Assembly: GCA_964347835.1 (NCBI GenBank)
Contig: CAYFZR010000068.1
Span: 8,030 to 72,029 of the forward strand
DNA length: 64,000 bases
DNA from: an uncultured archaeon
GTDB lineage: Archaea > CAYFZR01
Direction of reading: 5' to 3'
The translations under genes were made by a program, and so were the position numbers. Positions 28,657-39,542 of this stretch are shown here, in pieces (the first letter of the stretch is position 1; each line of letters begins with the position of its first letter). The notes under the pieces were generated by a model, which was not told the origin of the DNA, made no database searches, and was given only the letters and a program-made list of their open reading frames with translations.

Positions 28657-30318
28657 ATGATGGTAATGAAAGATGTTTTCTTAATCGAGGTGTCCTTCGA
28701 AGTAGCCAATATGGTGGGGGGAATTTATTCCGTACTTGCTTCTAAAGCAAGTAAAATGATGGAAAAGTTTCCTAATTATTTAACAATAGGTTTCTATAAT
28801 TCATATAATTCGCCCAAAGATTTCTTGTTTAAAAAAGCCGAGCCTGAAATAGAACATGTATTTAAAGAGATAAAGAAAGTGGACATTATCCCATATTACG
28901 GCCAATGGAAGGGGGGAAACGGCTCTCCGTGTATTTTGCTCGAAACTAAGAGTTACATGAGCAAAGAAGATATAAAAAATAGTATTAAAAGAAGAAACTG
29001 GGAACTTTTTGGTATAGACAGTTTGAATTCCCCATTTACATATGATGAGCCAATTGTTTGGTCTGAAGCAGTAGCCAAATTGATAGAATTGCTTATAAAG
29101 ACGGATCTATATAAAGATAAAAAGACCGTAGTGATAGCTCACGAATGGCTTTCTTCAGGCGTTATATTCAGAGAGAAAGGAAAAAAACTTGATTATAAAA
29201 CGATATTCATAGCTCATCAGACCATGCATGGAAGAGAGGAAAGTGCATTGGGAGTAGATGTGGCTTCCTTAATCGAAGAGGGTTTAAAAAGTGGAGTAAC
29301 TTTCTCTCCAGAAAGAGCCTACGAAATAGATATTGCCGCGAAACATTTTACTGAAGGGGCAGCCTCAAGATACGCTGATCTATTTGCCACAGTATCGCGT
29401 TCCACTGCTAAAGAAGCGGAATATTACCTTGGAAAGGCACCAGACATGATTTTAACAAACGGCGTAGATTTCGAAAGATTTAAAAACTTCGACAAAGATC
29501 TGAACAGAAGAAAAATTTCAGAATTTGTGCGGGCTTTTTTTTACCCTTACTATGAGTTAAACGAAGTTGATTTAATTGTACTGACTTCTGGAAGATATGA
29601 ATTTAAGAACAAGGGATTTGATCTTTTTATAACTTCTTTAGCAAAATTAAATGAAGAATTAAAGTCGATGAACAAAGAAAAGATCGTCATATCCTTCTTT
29701 CTAGTTCCTGCAGGAATAAAGGCTTTGAATTCAGATGTAGCGAACGCCATAGAAAAATATCTAAAAGAAGACCTTCGCGAAATTTACAAAGAAAAGAACC
29801 CACCATTGGGTACTCATGATTACTTGGAAGAAAAAGATCCAATCCTCGATTTGTGTTGGAAACTTGGATTGCGAAATGAAAAAGCAGATATGGTTAAGGT
29901 AATTGCAATTCCTACTTATATTAGAAGAGATAGCCCCCCTATCTATCTTGATTATTTCGATTTTGTTAGCGGATGCGATTTAGGAGTTTTTCCTAGTAAA
30001 TACGAACCCTTCGGTCTAACTCCTGTAGAAACTGCTGCATGCGGCTGTATTTCTGTTACTACTGATTTGGCTGGTTTTGGAGTTGAACTTCTTTCGATGG
30101 GAAAAGGGAAAAAATACGACGGGATATATGTACTTCCAAGGAAAAAAAAGAGTTTTGATGAAAGTTCAGAGACTCTTAAAGAGTTCCTATTCGAATTGGT
30201 TATCATGTCCGAAGATGAAAAATCTAAGTTAAAGAAGAAGTCGCATGACCTTGCGAGACTTTTTTCATGGGAAAAACTAATCGAAAACTATGTTGAAGCA
30301 GTTAAAAGAGTTCTATAA
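28657..30318 (+). CDS. Glycogen synthase, eukaryote-type (GT3 family)
   Basis: 'SFEVANMVGGIYSVLASKA' and 'FPSKYEPFGLTPVETAACGCISVTTDLAGFG' closely match the GT3 signatures (yeast 'EVANRVGGIYSVLKSKA', 'FPSYYEPWGYTPAE...TTNVSGFG'). Confidence 0.7.
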   Translation: MMVMKDVFLIEVSFEVANMVGGIYSVLASKASKMMEKFPNYLTIGFYNSYNSPKDFLFKKAEPEIEHVFKEIKKVDIIPYYGQWKGGNGSPCILLETKSYMSKEDIKNSIKRRNWELFGIDSLNSPFTYDEPIVWSEAVAKLIELLIKTDLYKDKKTVVIAHEWLSSGVIFREKGKKLDYKTIFIAHQTMHGREESALGVDVASLIEEGLKSGVTFSPERAYEIDIAAKHFTEGAASRYADLFATVSRSTAKEAEYYLGKAPDMILTNGVDFERFKNFDKDLNRRKISEFVRAFFYPYYELNEVDLIVLTSGRYEFKNKGFDLFITSLAKLNEELKSMNKEKIVISFFLVPAGIKALNSDVANAIEKYLKEDLREIYKEKNPPLGTHDYLEEKDPILDLCWKLGLRNEKADMVKVIAIPTYIRRDSPPIYLDYFDFVSGCDLGVFPSKYEPFGLTPVETAACGCISVTTDLAGFGVELLSMGKGKKYDGIYVLPRKKKSFDESSETLKEFLFELVIMSEDEKSKLKKKSHDLARLFSWEKLIENYVEAVKRVL

Positions 30319-30331
30319 ATTAAAAATAAAT

Positions 30332-31426
30332 TTATTTAAGATGGTTTAGTCTCTGAATTGCTCGAATTCCTTCTTTATCTCCTAATTTGCTTTGTACTAT
30401 TGCATCTTCTAGAATTTTGATAGCACTATCATAATCTTCTTTATTAACAGGGAATGGTACACCATCTTTCCCTCCGAAGGCAAAGCAAAACTTCACGGGA
30501 TCTTTCCAACTAGGTTTGTCACCAAATATTATCTCTGAGACCAATGTTAGGCCTCTTATGGTCGTTGGTCCTACTCCCTTTACTGCTAAAAGATTTTCAA
30601 AATTTTCTGGTTGTAATTCATACGTCCTCTCTATTGCTCGCCAATTCATCCTATCTGGAACCTTATAGAGAGTTTCTTTAGTTTTAAAGTTTTTAAAATT
30701 TAAAAGAGTTTTTTGGCCCTCTTTTAATGATTCAAAAATTTTTTTTGTATAGAAAGGCTTTTCTTTACAGATATCTGTAATAGTAGATCTACAGTTTCTG
30801 CTTTCTTTAGAAGTTAGGTCTAATACTTTATCGTGGAAAACATCACCAACTATGCCCTTATGGGGTTCTTCCACGAAATCTATAATGTTTTCCGAGAGCC
30901 AGTGGTATCTTCTAGCAGTTTTCATTTCGACATTCAATCCCTGCTGTATCACTGTCCATTTCCCTTTCTCATTCAAAAACATAGAATGATGATATAAAGG
31001 ATATCCTGCTTGTATTGCCGTATTATCTACTTTTGCACACATTTTACTCGAATATTTTAAGTCTTCTAGCGTTCTTTCTCCTAAGGAAAATTCATTCGTG
31101 ATCTTTTCCAATTCTAAGGGGCTTTTCCTGGATTGTCTACCCTTTCCACCCACTCCTTGAACACCGAGTTCGTTCTCTCTAAATATTGTCTTTAGTACTC
31201 CACAAAGAACGGTAGTTGTGCCTGAAGAATTCCAGTCGAATCCCAATACGTTTGATAGTGCCTGAAAGAAAAAGGGGTCAGATAGCCTAGACAATATTTC
31301 ATCTGTTCCGTATTCATCTGCCATAACTGACATAATTGACTTGCCTAAATCTATCATTCTGTCAGTTAGCCAGTCTGGTGCCTTTCCTCCATGTAATCTA
31401 AGATGCGCGATTCCACTACGTCTCAT
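30332..31426 (-). CDS. DUF763-family archaeal protein
   Basis: 'LRLHGGKAPDWL...RLSDPFFFQALSNVLGFDWNSSGTTTV' signature. Confidence 0.55.
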   Translation of the reverse strand: MRRSGIAHLRLHGGKAPDWLTDRMIDLGKSIMSVMADEYGTDEILSRLSDPFFFQALSNVLGFDWNSSGTTTVLCGVLKTIFRENELGVQGVGGKGRQSRKSPLELEKITNEFSLGERTLEDLKYSSKMCAKVDNTAIQAGYPLYHHSMFLNEKGKWTVIQQGLNVEMKTARRYHWLSENIIDFVEEPHKGIVGDVFHDKVLDLTSKESRNCRSTITDICKEKPFYTKKIFESLKEGQKTLLNFKNFKTKETLYKVPDRMNWRAIERTYELQPENFENLLAVKGVGPTTIRGLTLVSEIIFGDKPSWKDPVKFCFAFGGKDGVPFPVNKEDYDSAIKILEDAIVQSKLGDKEGIRAIQRLNHLK

Positions 31427-31463
31427 CTTATTCTGATTCTATCGTATTTCAAATATAAAAAGA

Positions 31464-31748
31464 CTATTCATGCTTCGTTACGTATGTTATGGCACAACCT
31501 GTTTCATCCGCAACCTTTATGATTCTGTTAAACGCTTCTTCCTTGTCCTTTCTCGTCAGACCTATTATGTTAAAACTCATGGTTGCGGTAATTTTTTCTC
31601 CTGATCCTCTTCTAAGAGCAGGAATTTCAATTATTATGTTTGTAAGGTCTGCATTTACACCTTTTAAGGCGTCAGTTATTTTAAAAAGTACTTCCCTTTC
31701 GATTATGTGTCCGGCCAGACCAACCTCATCTACTGCCTTCTCAACCAT
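31464..31748 (-). CDS. Small conserved-looking hypothetical protein (94 aa)
   Basis: Protein-like composition; the overlapping plus-strand ORF 31489..31812 is S/T-rich and looks like a shadow ORF. Confidence 0.4.
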   Translation of the reverse strand: MVEKAVDEVGLAGHIIEREVLFKITDALKGVNADLTNIIIEIPALRRGSGEKITATMSFNIIGLTRKDKEEAFNRIIKVADETGCAITYVTKHE

Positions 31749-31863
31749 ATTTTCACCTCTACATAATTATTTCCCCTTATACTTAACAATTGCCTACAAA
31801 AAATTAAAATAAATGTTCTTTCATATTCCTTGTGGAGCAGGTGAACCTCAATTGACTACGCTC

Positions 31864-33099
31864 ATGTGGGTCGAACTAATTCTTCTCATTGTGCTTATCT
31901 TACTATCAGGTTTTTTTTCCGGGTCAGAAACAGCATTAATTTCCTTGAATAAGATTAGAATTAAGTATCTTATCCAAAAAGGTGAAAAGAGAGCAAAAAC
32001 CGTAGATGAGTTGCTTGAACGTCCAAATAGACTTCTTTCAACGATTCTTATCGGTAATAACCTTGTAAACGTTGCCGCCTCTGCTTTGGCCACTTCTTTG
32101 GCAATACAATACTTCGGAAATAAGGGAGTGGGCATCGCAACAGGAATAATGACCCTTGTTTTACTTATGTTTGGGGAAATTAGCCCCAAGACTTTCGCTG
32201 CAAAAAATGCAGAAAAGGTATCTTTTATCGTATCAAAACCTATCAAGGCATTTGAGTTCATATTTTATCCAGTTATAGAGGTTTTAACGAGATTTGCTAA
32301 CTTTATGATCAGGATTCTTGGAGAGGAAGCCGAAGAATCTCCATTTATTACAGAAGAAGAAATCAAGACTTTGTTGTATGTAGGAGAAGAAGAAGGTGAA
32401 ATCGAGCCTGAAGAAAGAGAGATGATCCATAAGATCTTCGAATTCGGTGAAACCACTGTAAAAGAAGTTTTGGTACCGAGAATGGATATGATCTGCGTTG
32501 AGGCGAGGCAATCTATACAAAAGGCGCTTGAGTTATCCTTAGAACGTGGATTTTCAAGGTTACCCGTATATGAAGGCACGGTAGACAACATAATAGGAAT
32601 AGTTCACATAAAAGACCTGTTTATGTCTCTAAAGGAAAAACAGGACGCATCCTTAAAAGAAGTCATGAGATCTGCCTATTATGTCCCGGAAACCAAAAAG
32701 GTTTATGATCTTTTGAGGGATTTGCAAAGAAGTAGGCAGCATATGGCGATATGTACGGACGAGTATGGTGGTACTGTGGGATTAGTTACCATTGAAGACC
32801 TTTTAGAAGAGATAGTCGGAGAGATTACTGACGAACACGATCCCAGGAAGGAATTGATAAAGAAGTTAGACGATAGAACTTTTATTGTTAACGGTAAAGT
32901 ACCTATAGATGAATTGAACGAACATTTGGGATCAAAATTTCCAGAGGAGAATTCTGAAACCATAGGAGGATTTGTATTCCATTGTCTCGGTAAATTACCC
33001 AAATTAGGAGATTCCATCGAGTACGACGGATATGAAATAACGGTTGAAAAAATAGAAAGAAGAAGAATTATGCAGGTAAAAATAATCAAGCCTATTTAA
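31864..33099 (+). CDS. CNNM/CorC-HlyC family divalent-cation transporter (DUF21 + CBS pair + CorC_HlyC)
   Basis: '[15 protein letters not shown]' DUF21 signature, CBS pair, C-terminal transporter-associated domain; start taken at the internal Met (MWVELIL). Confidence 0.8.
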   Translation: MWVELILLIVLILLSGFFSGSETALISLNKIRIKYLIQKGEKRAKTVDELLERPNRLLSTILIGNNLVNVAASALATSLAIQYFGNKGVGIATGIMTLVLLMFGEISPKTFAAKNAEKVSFIVSKPIKAFEFIFYPVIEVLTRFANFMIRILGEEAEESPFITEEEIKTLLYVGEEEGEIEPEEREMIHKIFEFGETTVKEVLVPRMDMICVEARQSIQKALELSLERGFSRLPVYEGTVDNIIGIVHIKDLFMSLKEKQDASLKEVMRSAYYVPETKKVYDLLRDLQRSRQHMAICTDEYGGTVGLVTIEDLLEEIVGEITDEHDPRKELIKKLDDRTFIVNGKVPIDELNEHLGSKFPEENSETIGGFVFHCLGKLPKLGDSIEYDGYEITVEKIERRRIMQVKIIKPI

Positions 33100-33213
33100 G
33101 ATAGCCTAAGAACAAAATTATCTTTTAAATCTCTGATAAATTTCTCATCGGTATTTGTTTAATTTGCGCAAAATGTCCAAATATATATAGGGAATCTAAG
33201 TAACTATTTATTT

Positions 33214-33603
33214 ATGTCAATATTCCAGAGGATGACTCGCGTCCTAAAAAAAGATGTTAATTTCCTTTTCGTTGTCGATTCACAATATTGTGTTGAGCTA
33301 TTTAATGATGTATACGATATGTTAGAAAAAGATGACTTTCTATTTATTCTTGCTTTGCATAATGCGAGAGATATAGAGTCAAAAAGTCTTTTCGAAATGC
33401 TCAGGTCACTTGCGATCGACCTACCTAACGTTAAAAGTTTCAAAATTGTCGAGTGTAATATATCCGCACCCAGGCTATACGTGGACGAAATCAAGAAACA
33501 TTACAGAGATAAAGATATTAACGCTATAATAATTTCGAAGAAAAGACCTCACGTTTATGAGAGGGTCTCTTCCGCCCTTGAAATTCCTATTATTGCAATA
33601 TGA
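33214..33603 (+). CDS. Hypothetical protein (129 aa)
   Basis: ORF with protein-like composition; the antisense ORF 33204..33494 is Ser-rich and looks spurious. Confidence 0.35.
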   Translation: MSIFQRMTRVLKKDVNFLFVVDSQYCVELFNDVYDMLEKDDFLFILALHNARDIESKSLFEMLRSLAIDLPNVKSFKIVECNISAPRLYVDEIKKHYRDKDINAIIISKKRPHVYERVSSALEIPIIAI

Positions 33604-33605
33604 AG

Positions 33606-34889
33606 TTATCCCTTAAGGTACTCCCTTACGATTTTTATGGCGCAGTACTCTCCGCACATAGTGCAAACATCTCGATCGTAAGGTTCCCTTTGAGATCTGT
33701 ATTCCTTAGCACGGTAGGGATCAATTGCTACGTTAAATTGTCCTTCCCAATCTAGATCCATTCTTGCCTTTGCCATCTTTCTATCTAAGCCTGTATCGAT
33801 TCCTTTTACGATATCTCCAGCATGGGCTGCTATTTTTGCGGCAACAACTCCTTCTCTAACATCCTCCCTGCTCGGCAGACCTAAATGCTCAGAAGGCGTT
33901 ACGTAGCATAAGAAATCGACTCCGGCTGCCGCGGCTATGGCTCCCCCTATAGCAGAGGTAATATGATCATAACCTGGCGCGATATCCGTTACGATAGGCC
34001 CCAGTACATAGAAAGGAGCCTCTTTGCAAACAGATTTTTGTAATTTTACGTGTCCTTCAATCTCGTTCAAGGGCATATGTCCTGGTCCTTCCACAATTGT
34101 TTGAACACCATATTCTCTTGCCCTTTGGACCAATTCGCCAAGAATTATCAATTCCTGTATCTGAGGACCGTCTGAAGAATCCGCCAAGCAACCGGGTCTC
34201 ATACCGTCACCTAAACTTAACGTTAGATCATAATCTCTGGAAATCTCAAGGAGATAATCATAATTTTCATATAAAGGATTTTCTTCTTGGTTATGTATAA
34301 TATAAGCCGCTAAAAAACTTCCTCCCCTGCTAACAATGTTGGTTATCCTCTTTTCTTTTATTAACCTTCCTACTGTCTCTTTAGTAATGCCGCAATGCAC
34401 GGTTATGAAGTCAACCCCATCTTTAGCATGTTTCTCTATAGTGGAGAAAATTGTGTCCTCATCCATGTGGACGATTGCTCCTTTTTTCTTCAGAGCGGTT
34501 ATACCCGCCTGATATATCGGAACAGTTCCCAAGGGGACGTTGAGTTCAAGCATCTTTTTCCTCACTTTATCGATATTCCCACCAGTACTTAGATCCATGA
34601 TTGTGTCCGAGCCGCACTCTATTGCTATATTTGCCTTTTCAATCTCTTCATCTATATCTTTAAAATCTGGTGAGGTTCCTAGATTAGCGTTTATCTTAGT
34701 TCTTAACCCGAGACCTATTCCAATGTTAGGAATCTCCCTGCCCGTATTTCTAGGTATAACCACCTTCCCTTCATGTACCAATTTAGAGAGTTTTTCAGGA
34801 TCAACGCCTTCTTTTTGTGCAACCTCGAAGACTTCGAGCGGTATTTCGTGTCTTGCTTCTCTCATAATCGTCAAAATAGTCACCTTCAA
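33606..34889 (-). CDS. thiC: Phosphomethylpyrimidine synthase ThiC
   Basis: C-terminal 'CTMCGEYCAIK' and conserved ThiC core. Confidence 0.9.
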   Translation of the reverse strand: MKVTILTIMREARHEIPLEVFEVAQKEGVDPEKLSKLVHEGKVVIPRNTGREIPNIGIGLGLRTKINANLGTSPDFKDIDEEIEKANIAIECGSDTIMDLSTGGNIDKVRKKMLELNVPLGTVPIYQAGITALKKKGAIVHMDEDTIFSTIEKHAKDGVDFITVHCGITKETVGRLIKEKRITNIVSRGGSFLAAYIIHNQEENPLYENYDYLLEISRDYDLTLSLGDGMRPGCLADSSDGPQIQELIILGELVQRAREYGVQTIVEGPGHMPLNEIEGHVKLQKSVCKEAPFYVLGPIVTDIAPGYDHITSAIGGAIAAAAGVDFLCYVTPSEHLGLPSREDVREGVVAAKIAAHAGDIVKGIDTGLDRKMAKARMDLDWEGQFNVAIDPYRAKEYRSQREPYDRDVCTMCGEYCAIKIVREYLKG

Positions 34890-35380
34890 ACTATTTTTTT
34901 TTGTAGAATATTGAGCCTTTCCTCAATTGTTTGCCAGTGTCTACCTTCCCAATACACCTTTCCGCAGTTCTCACATATCCAGAACTCATCATATTTTCTG
35001 ATGAGTTTCGTGGTTATTATTCCTTCTTTCACAAGTATCTTCAATTCTTTCGGGTCTGCGCTTCTGATCTCTGAGTTGCAAACGCTACATCTAACGATGT
35101 CCATCTCAAGATCTAAGTTATAAGTCTTAACTACTTCTCCGAGTTGATCCATTACTTTATCTGAATTTACAAGGAGCGCGCTTGCATTCTCTTTTTCGGC
35201 TCTTTCTACAAGGTTTTTATCTCTAGTGAGTAAAATTCTTTTTTCTTCCTTTGCTAGAGTTATCATAAATTCGTCCTCTGTTTCTTGGAAGTCGAAATCG
35301 TTAACACTCAAAGTGTCATGACCTAAAAGTCTCAGCCAACTAGTTAATTTTCCGAGCATTCTGTCTACCAAGAATCTCAA
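34886..35380 (-). CDS. Mut7-C (DUF82) PIN-like RNase with C-terminal zinc ribbon
   Basis: '[23 protein letters not shown]' plus 'CSVCN...CENCGKVYW'. Confidence 0.7.
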   Translation of the reverse strand: MRFLVDRMLGKLTSWLRLLGHDTLSVNDFDFQETEDEFMITLAKEEKRILLTRDKNLVERAEKENASALLVNSDKVMDQLGEVVKTYNLDLEMDIVRCSVCNSEIRSADPKELKILVKEGIITTKLIRKYDEFWICENCGKVYWEGRHWQTIEERLNILQKKIV

Positions 35381-36482
35381 GGATCGGACTCTCCCAAAAT
35401 TTGTTTGGATGTATTAGGCCGCATCTTATCATGTAATCTACCAAGACACACGCCAACATAGCCTCTCCAACCGGCACTACCCTGGGGGTTATGTTAGGGT
35501 CATGTCTTCCTGTTACCTTTATTTTTGTGGGTCTCATACTTATAAGATCCACGGTCTCTTGAATCTTTTCTATGGATGATGTAGGTTTTACGGCATATCT
35601 ACACACTATAGGCATACCCGTAGATATGCCCCCCAAAATACCCCCACAGTTATTTGATTTCAATGTTATCTTGTCATCTTCAATTACAAAAGGATCGTTG
35701 AACTCTGATCCTAGCATCTTGCTTGCCTCAAATCCTGTTCCTATTTCAATTCCTTTTACCGCGCCAATAGACATAATTGCCTTGGCTATTTCCGCCTCTA
35801 ACTTGTCGAATACAGGTTCTCCTAAACCCGCCGGCACATTTAAGGCGATTAACTCTACAATTCCACCGGAACTATCTCCCTCATCAGAAATCTCTTTTAT
35901 CTTTCTTACCATCAGTTTTGATATGTTGCGATCTCCACAAAAGATTTCGTTTTCTTGAGATTCTCTAATCTGTTCTATGGACAATTTCCCAACTCTTATT
36001 CCTGCTGCCTCCACTACATGCCCTAGAATTTCTATTCCCACCAACTCTAGTATTTTCTTCGCTATTGCTCCTGCTGCGACTCTTCCCAGAGTTTCTCTCC
36101 CGCTAGCCCTGCCTCCTCCCCTGTAGTCTAAGTGTCCATACTTTAATCTGTATGTAAGGTCAGCGTGTCCAGGACGCGGAGTGTATTTAAGGGGTTCGTA
36201 GGGTGAGGAATCAATATCTTTGTTCCAAACTAACATGGATATTGGAGTGCCAGTAGTTTTTCCTTCAAAAATCCCTGATAAAACCTCTACTTCGTCTTTT
36301 TCGTCTCTTTTAGAAGTTATGTCCCTCTTTCCTGGTCTCCTTCTATCTAATTCTTTTTGGACATCTTTAGGTTCTATTGAAATATTAGCGGGAACACCGT
36401 CTACTACTACACCTACTCCCCTTCCATGAGATTCTCCCCAAGTTGTTATCTTAAAGATCTTTCCAAATGTGTTTCCGCTCAT
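35340..36482 (-). CDS. aroC: Chorismate synthase
   Basis: '[27 protein letters not shown]' N-terminal signature. Confidence 0.9.
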   Translation of the reverse strand: MSGNTFGKIFKITTWGESHGRGVGVVVDGVPANISIEPKDVQKELDRRRPGKRDITSKRDEKDEVEVLSGIFEGKTTGTPISMLVWNKDIDSSPYEPLKYTPRPGHADLTYRLKYGHLDYRGGGRASGRETLGRVAAGAIAKKILELVGIEILGHVVEAAGIRVGKLSIEQIRESQENEIFCGDRNISKLMVRKIKEISDEGDSSGGIVELIALNVPAGLGEPVFDKLEAEIAKAIMSIGAVKGIEIGTGFEASKMLGSEFNDPFVIEDDKITLKSNNCGGILGGISTGMPIVCRYAVKPTSSIEKIQETVDLISMRPTKIKVTGRHDPNITPRVVPVGEAMLACVLVDYMIRCGLIHPNKFWESPILEILGRQNARKIN

Positions 36483-37750
36483 ATTATCTCGATTTCCATG
36501 CCAATATCTCTCATAGATTCAACAAAATTTGGAAAAGATATTTTTATTGATTCAGCCGTGTCTATGATTGTTGACCCTTCTGCAATCAATCCAGCTATAG
36601 CCAGGGCCATTACTATTCTATGATCATTATAACCGTGTAGCTCTTGCCCCCTCAACCTTGAATTGTTAACTACGAGACCATCTGCCTTCTCCATTATATT
36701 GGCGCCCATTTTAGATAATTCATTATACATAGCACTTATTCTATCACTTTCTTTATACCTTACGTGCTCTGCGTTAAATATGGTAGTACAGCCTTTTGCG
36801 TGCACTCCAAGTACTGCTAGCGTTGGAACTAAATCCGGTATATATTTTGCATCTATGGTCAACCCTTTTAAATCTTCCCCTCCAATAACCTGAAATCCGG
36901 TTTTATAAGATTTTATTAGGGTGCCCATGTCTTTTAGAATCTCAACAATCTTATAGTCACCCTGTACGGTGTTTTCAGCTAGATTGTTTATGTATACATC
37001 AGACTCTACCATGGAGGATGCTGCAAATATGTAAGATGAAGATGAATAATCACCGGGTATATGATACTTAATTGGTCTAATGCTCTGATTCTTTATCTCA
37101 AACCTATTTTCATGGAACTCTATCTCTACGCCAGCCTCTTTCAATATTTCTAAAGTGATCATTATGTATGGTAAAGATTTTAATTCTGTGGTCAATTCTA
37201 TTCTGAGTCCATTTTCCAAGAGTGGTCCTAAGAGTAAAAGACCAGACACGAATTGCGAACTTATGTCTCCCCGTATCTGAACAAAATTTTTGATAATATC
37301 TCCGCCTTCAATTGTAATCGGGGCACATCCATTTCCTCTAAGAGAAAAAGCCTTGATCCCTAACTGATTTAGCGCATCCAATAAAGGTTGATTTGGTCTC
37401 TTTTTTATGGATTCATCCCCTGTTAACGTAGCATTGGTTAAGCTAGAGATGGCGGTTATCAGTCTCAGAGTAGTACCGGAGTTCATTACGTCTATAACTT
37501 TCTCAGGTGGACTTAAATTCCCTCCTGTGCCTTCTATCACATAATTATTATTTTTTACATAAATTTCAGCGCCGAGCAATCTGCACGCATTTATTGTTGC
37601 CTGCGTGTCCTCAGAAATAAGGGGAGATTTTATTATAGATCTACCATCTGCTAGCAAACCAACTATGAAGGCTCTGTGAGTATAACTCTTGGATGGTGGA
37701 GCCTCAACTCTGCCGCTTAAATATTTTGCAGGCTTGCACCTAACTTTCAT
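36479..37750 (-). CDS. aroA: 3-phosphoshikimate 1-carboxyvinyltransferase (EPSP synthase)
   Basis: '[19 protein letters not shown]' and overall EPSPS pattern; overlaps aroC. Confidence 0.9.
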   Translation of the reverse strand: MKVRCKPAKYLSGRVEAPPSKSYTHRAFIVGLLADGRSIIKSPLISEDTQATINACRLLGAEIYVKNNNYVIEGTGGNLSPPEKVIDVMNSGTTLRLITAISSLTNATLTGDESIKKRPNQPLLDALNQLGIKAFSLRGNGCAPITIEGGDIIKNFVQIRGDISSQFVSGLLLLGPLLENGLRIELTTELKSLPYIMITLEILKEAGVEIEFHENRFEIKNQSIRPIKYHIPGDYSSSSYIFAASSMVESDVYINNLAENTVQGDYKIVEILKDMGTLIKSYKTGFQVIGGEDLKGLTIDAKYIPDLVPTLAVLGVHAKGCTTIFNAEHVRYKESDRISAMYNELSKMGANIMEKADGLVVNNSRLRGQELHGYNDHRIVMALAIAGLIAEGSTIIDTAESIKISFPNFVESMRDIGMEIEII

Positions 37751-37815
37751 GCAATCACTTCATCTTTTTTATACATTAAAGGATAATTATATACAGTAAT
37801 GCATAAAGTTTATAT

Positions 37816-38898
37816 ATGCCAGTATTATTATGTGCAGAGGGTGATTCAATGTTTGAGTCCTACCATAATAGGGTCTTGTCTAAGGTTAGTCTAACCCGAC
37901 AAGAATCTTATGATGCAATGAAACATATCTTTGATGGTTATGTGAGTGATGTTAAGATAGCGTCTTTCTTGACCGCCCTGAATATGAAGGAAGAGAGTAT
38001 TGATGAAATAGTGGGTTTTGCCTCATGTATGAGAGATAATGCCCTTAGAATTAACCCCAAAGTCAATTTAATGGTAGATACGTGTGGTACGGGTGGAGAC
38101 AAGGTGAAGACGATTAATGTAAGTACTGCAGTAGCGATAATAGTTTCTTCTTGTGGTTTACCCGTAGCAAAACATGGAAATAGAGCAGTAACAAGCAAAG
38201 CAGGAAGTGCTGATGTTTTAGAGGCTTTAGGCTTAAATTTAAATCAAGATCCTGATCAAATAGAAAGATCAATTGAAGAAGTTGGTATAGGATTTATGTT
38301 TGCCCCCCATTTCCACCCTTCCATGAAGAGAGTGGCAGATATAAGGAAAGAACTTGGGATAAAGACGGTATTCAATATACTTGGTCCTCTTACAAACCCA
38401 GCGAATGCAAATATACAGTTATTAGGTGTTTTTTCTGAAGATTTGACGCATAAAATAGCGAATGTTCTTTCTTTTTTAGGATGTGAGAGAGGATTAGTAG
38501 TACACGGTACTGCAGGGCTAGATGAAATTTCTAATATAGGGGAAACTGTTATTTGTGAAATAAACAGCGGTGAATTGGATTCTTATAAGACAACTCCCGC
38601 AGACTTCGGGATCAACGAGGCACGGATATCTGATATATTGGGTGGTAATTCTATGGAAAATGCTAATTTCATAATTGACCTTCTTAAAGGAGTAGAAAAA
38701 GGACCTAAAAAAGATATAGTACTAATGAATGCATCGGGTGCATTATATGCTGCCGGATATGCCAAAGATTTCAAAGAAGGAGTTGAAATAGCAAACCAAG
38801 CAATCGAAGATAATTCTGCATTTAAAAAGTTATTGGAATTTATTGAGTTTTCTGGAGGGGATTTGAATAAATTAAAGAATTTTGGGGTGGATATTTGA
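37816..38898 (+). CDS. trpD: Anthranilate phosphoribosyltransferase
   Basis: 'DTCGTGGDKVKTINVSTAVA', 'NILGPLTNPA' motifs; the true start may be an internal Met. Confidence 0.9.
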   Translation: MPVLLCAEGDSMFESYHNRVLSKVSLTRQESYDAMKHIFDGYVSDVKIASFLTALNMKEESIDEIVGFASCMRDNALRINPKVNLMVDTCGTGGDKVKTINVSTAVAIIVSSCGLPVAKHGNRAVTSKAGSADVLEALGLNLNQDPDQIERSIEEVGIGFMFAPHFHPSMKRVADIRKELGIKTVFNILGPLTNPANANIQLLGVFSEDLTHKIANVLSFLGCERGLVVHGTAGLDEISNIGETVICEINSGELDSYKTTPADFGINEARISDILGGNSMENANFIIDLLKGVEKGPKKDIVLMNASGALYAAGYAKDFKEGVEIANQAIEDNSAFKKLLEFIEFSGGDLNKLKNFGVDI

Positions 38899-39542
38899 TA
38901 GTCAAGATATGCGGCATTACGAACGAAGAAGATGCCATTTTGGCAGAAAAACTCGGCGCTGATATAATTGGCTTCATTGCTTACGCAAAATCCAAAAGAT
39001 TAATTGAAATCGAAAAAATAAGTAATATAATTGATATTATCTCCTCAAAAACAGCCTTGGTCATGGTAGATCCAAATAACGAAATTTTAAATAGAGCATC
39101 TAATATTGATGCAGATTTTATTCAATTGCACGGTAAAGAAAGTCCAGAACTTTGTTTTAATTTAAAAGAAGTGGGTTTTGATACGATAAAAACTGTACAC
39201 ATCCCAATCGGAGCATATGATATTCGTGAAATAGTGAATAGATGCTCTTTGTACGATTGTTCATTCTTATTACTCGATACAAAGGTTCAAGGGATGTCAG
39301 GTGGTACAGGCATTAAGCACGACTGGAATTTAAGCAAAAAAATCATCGAAAAAGTCTCCAAGCCAGTATTTCTTTCAGGGGGATTAAATCCTAGAAATGT
39401 AAAAGAAGCAATTAAACTAACAAAACCTTGTGGAGTAGATGTTTCTAGTGGAATAGAATCTTATGTTGGAAAAAAAGACCCAACTCTCCTATATGAATTC
39501 ATAAAAAATTCAAAGGAAGATTTAGATGGAAATAAATTATAA
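38895..39542 (+). CDS. trpF: Phosphoribosylanthranilate isomerase
   Basis: 'MIVKICGIT' N-terminus with a TIM-barrel PRAI pattern. Confidence 0.8.
   Translation: MIVKICGITNEEDAILAEKLGADIIGFIAYAKSKRLIEIEKISNIIDIISSKTALVMVDPNNEILNRASNIDADFIQLHGKESPELCFNLKEVGFDTIKTVHIPIGAYDIREIVNRCSLYDCSFLLLDTKVQGMSGGTGIKHDWNLSKKIIEKVSKPVFLSGGLNPRNVKEAIKLTKPCGVDVSSGIESYVGKKDPTLLYEFIKNSKEDLDGNKL

Noticed and set aside
31489-31812. Plus-strand 107-aa ORF overlapping the minus-strand 94-aa gene
   Set aside because: S/T/hydrophobic-rich composition typical of an antisense shadow; the minus-strand ORF is more protein-like and co-oriented with the DUF763 gene.
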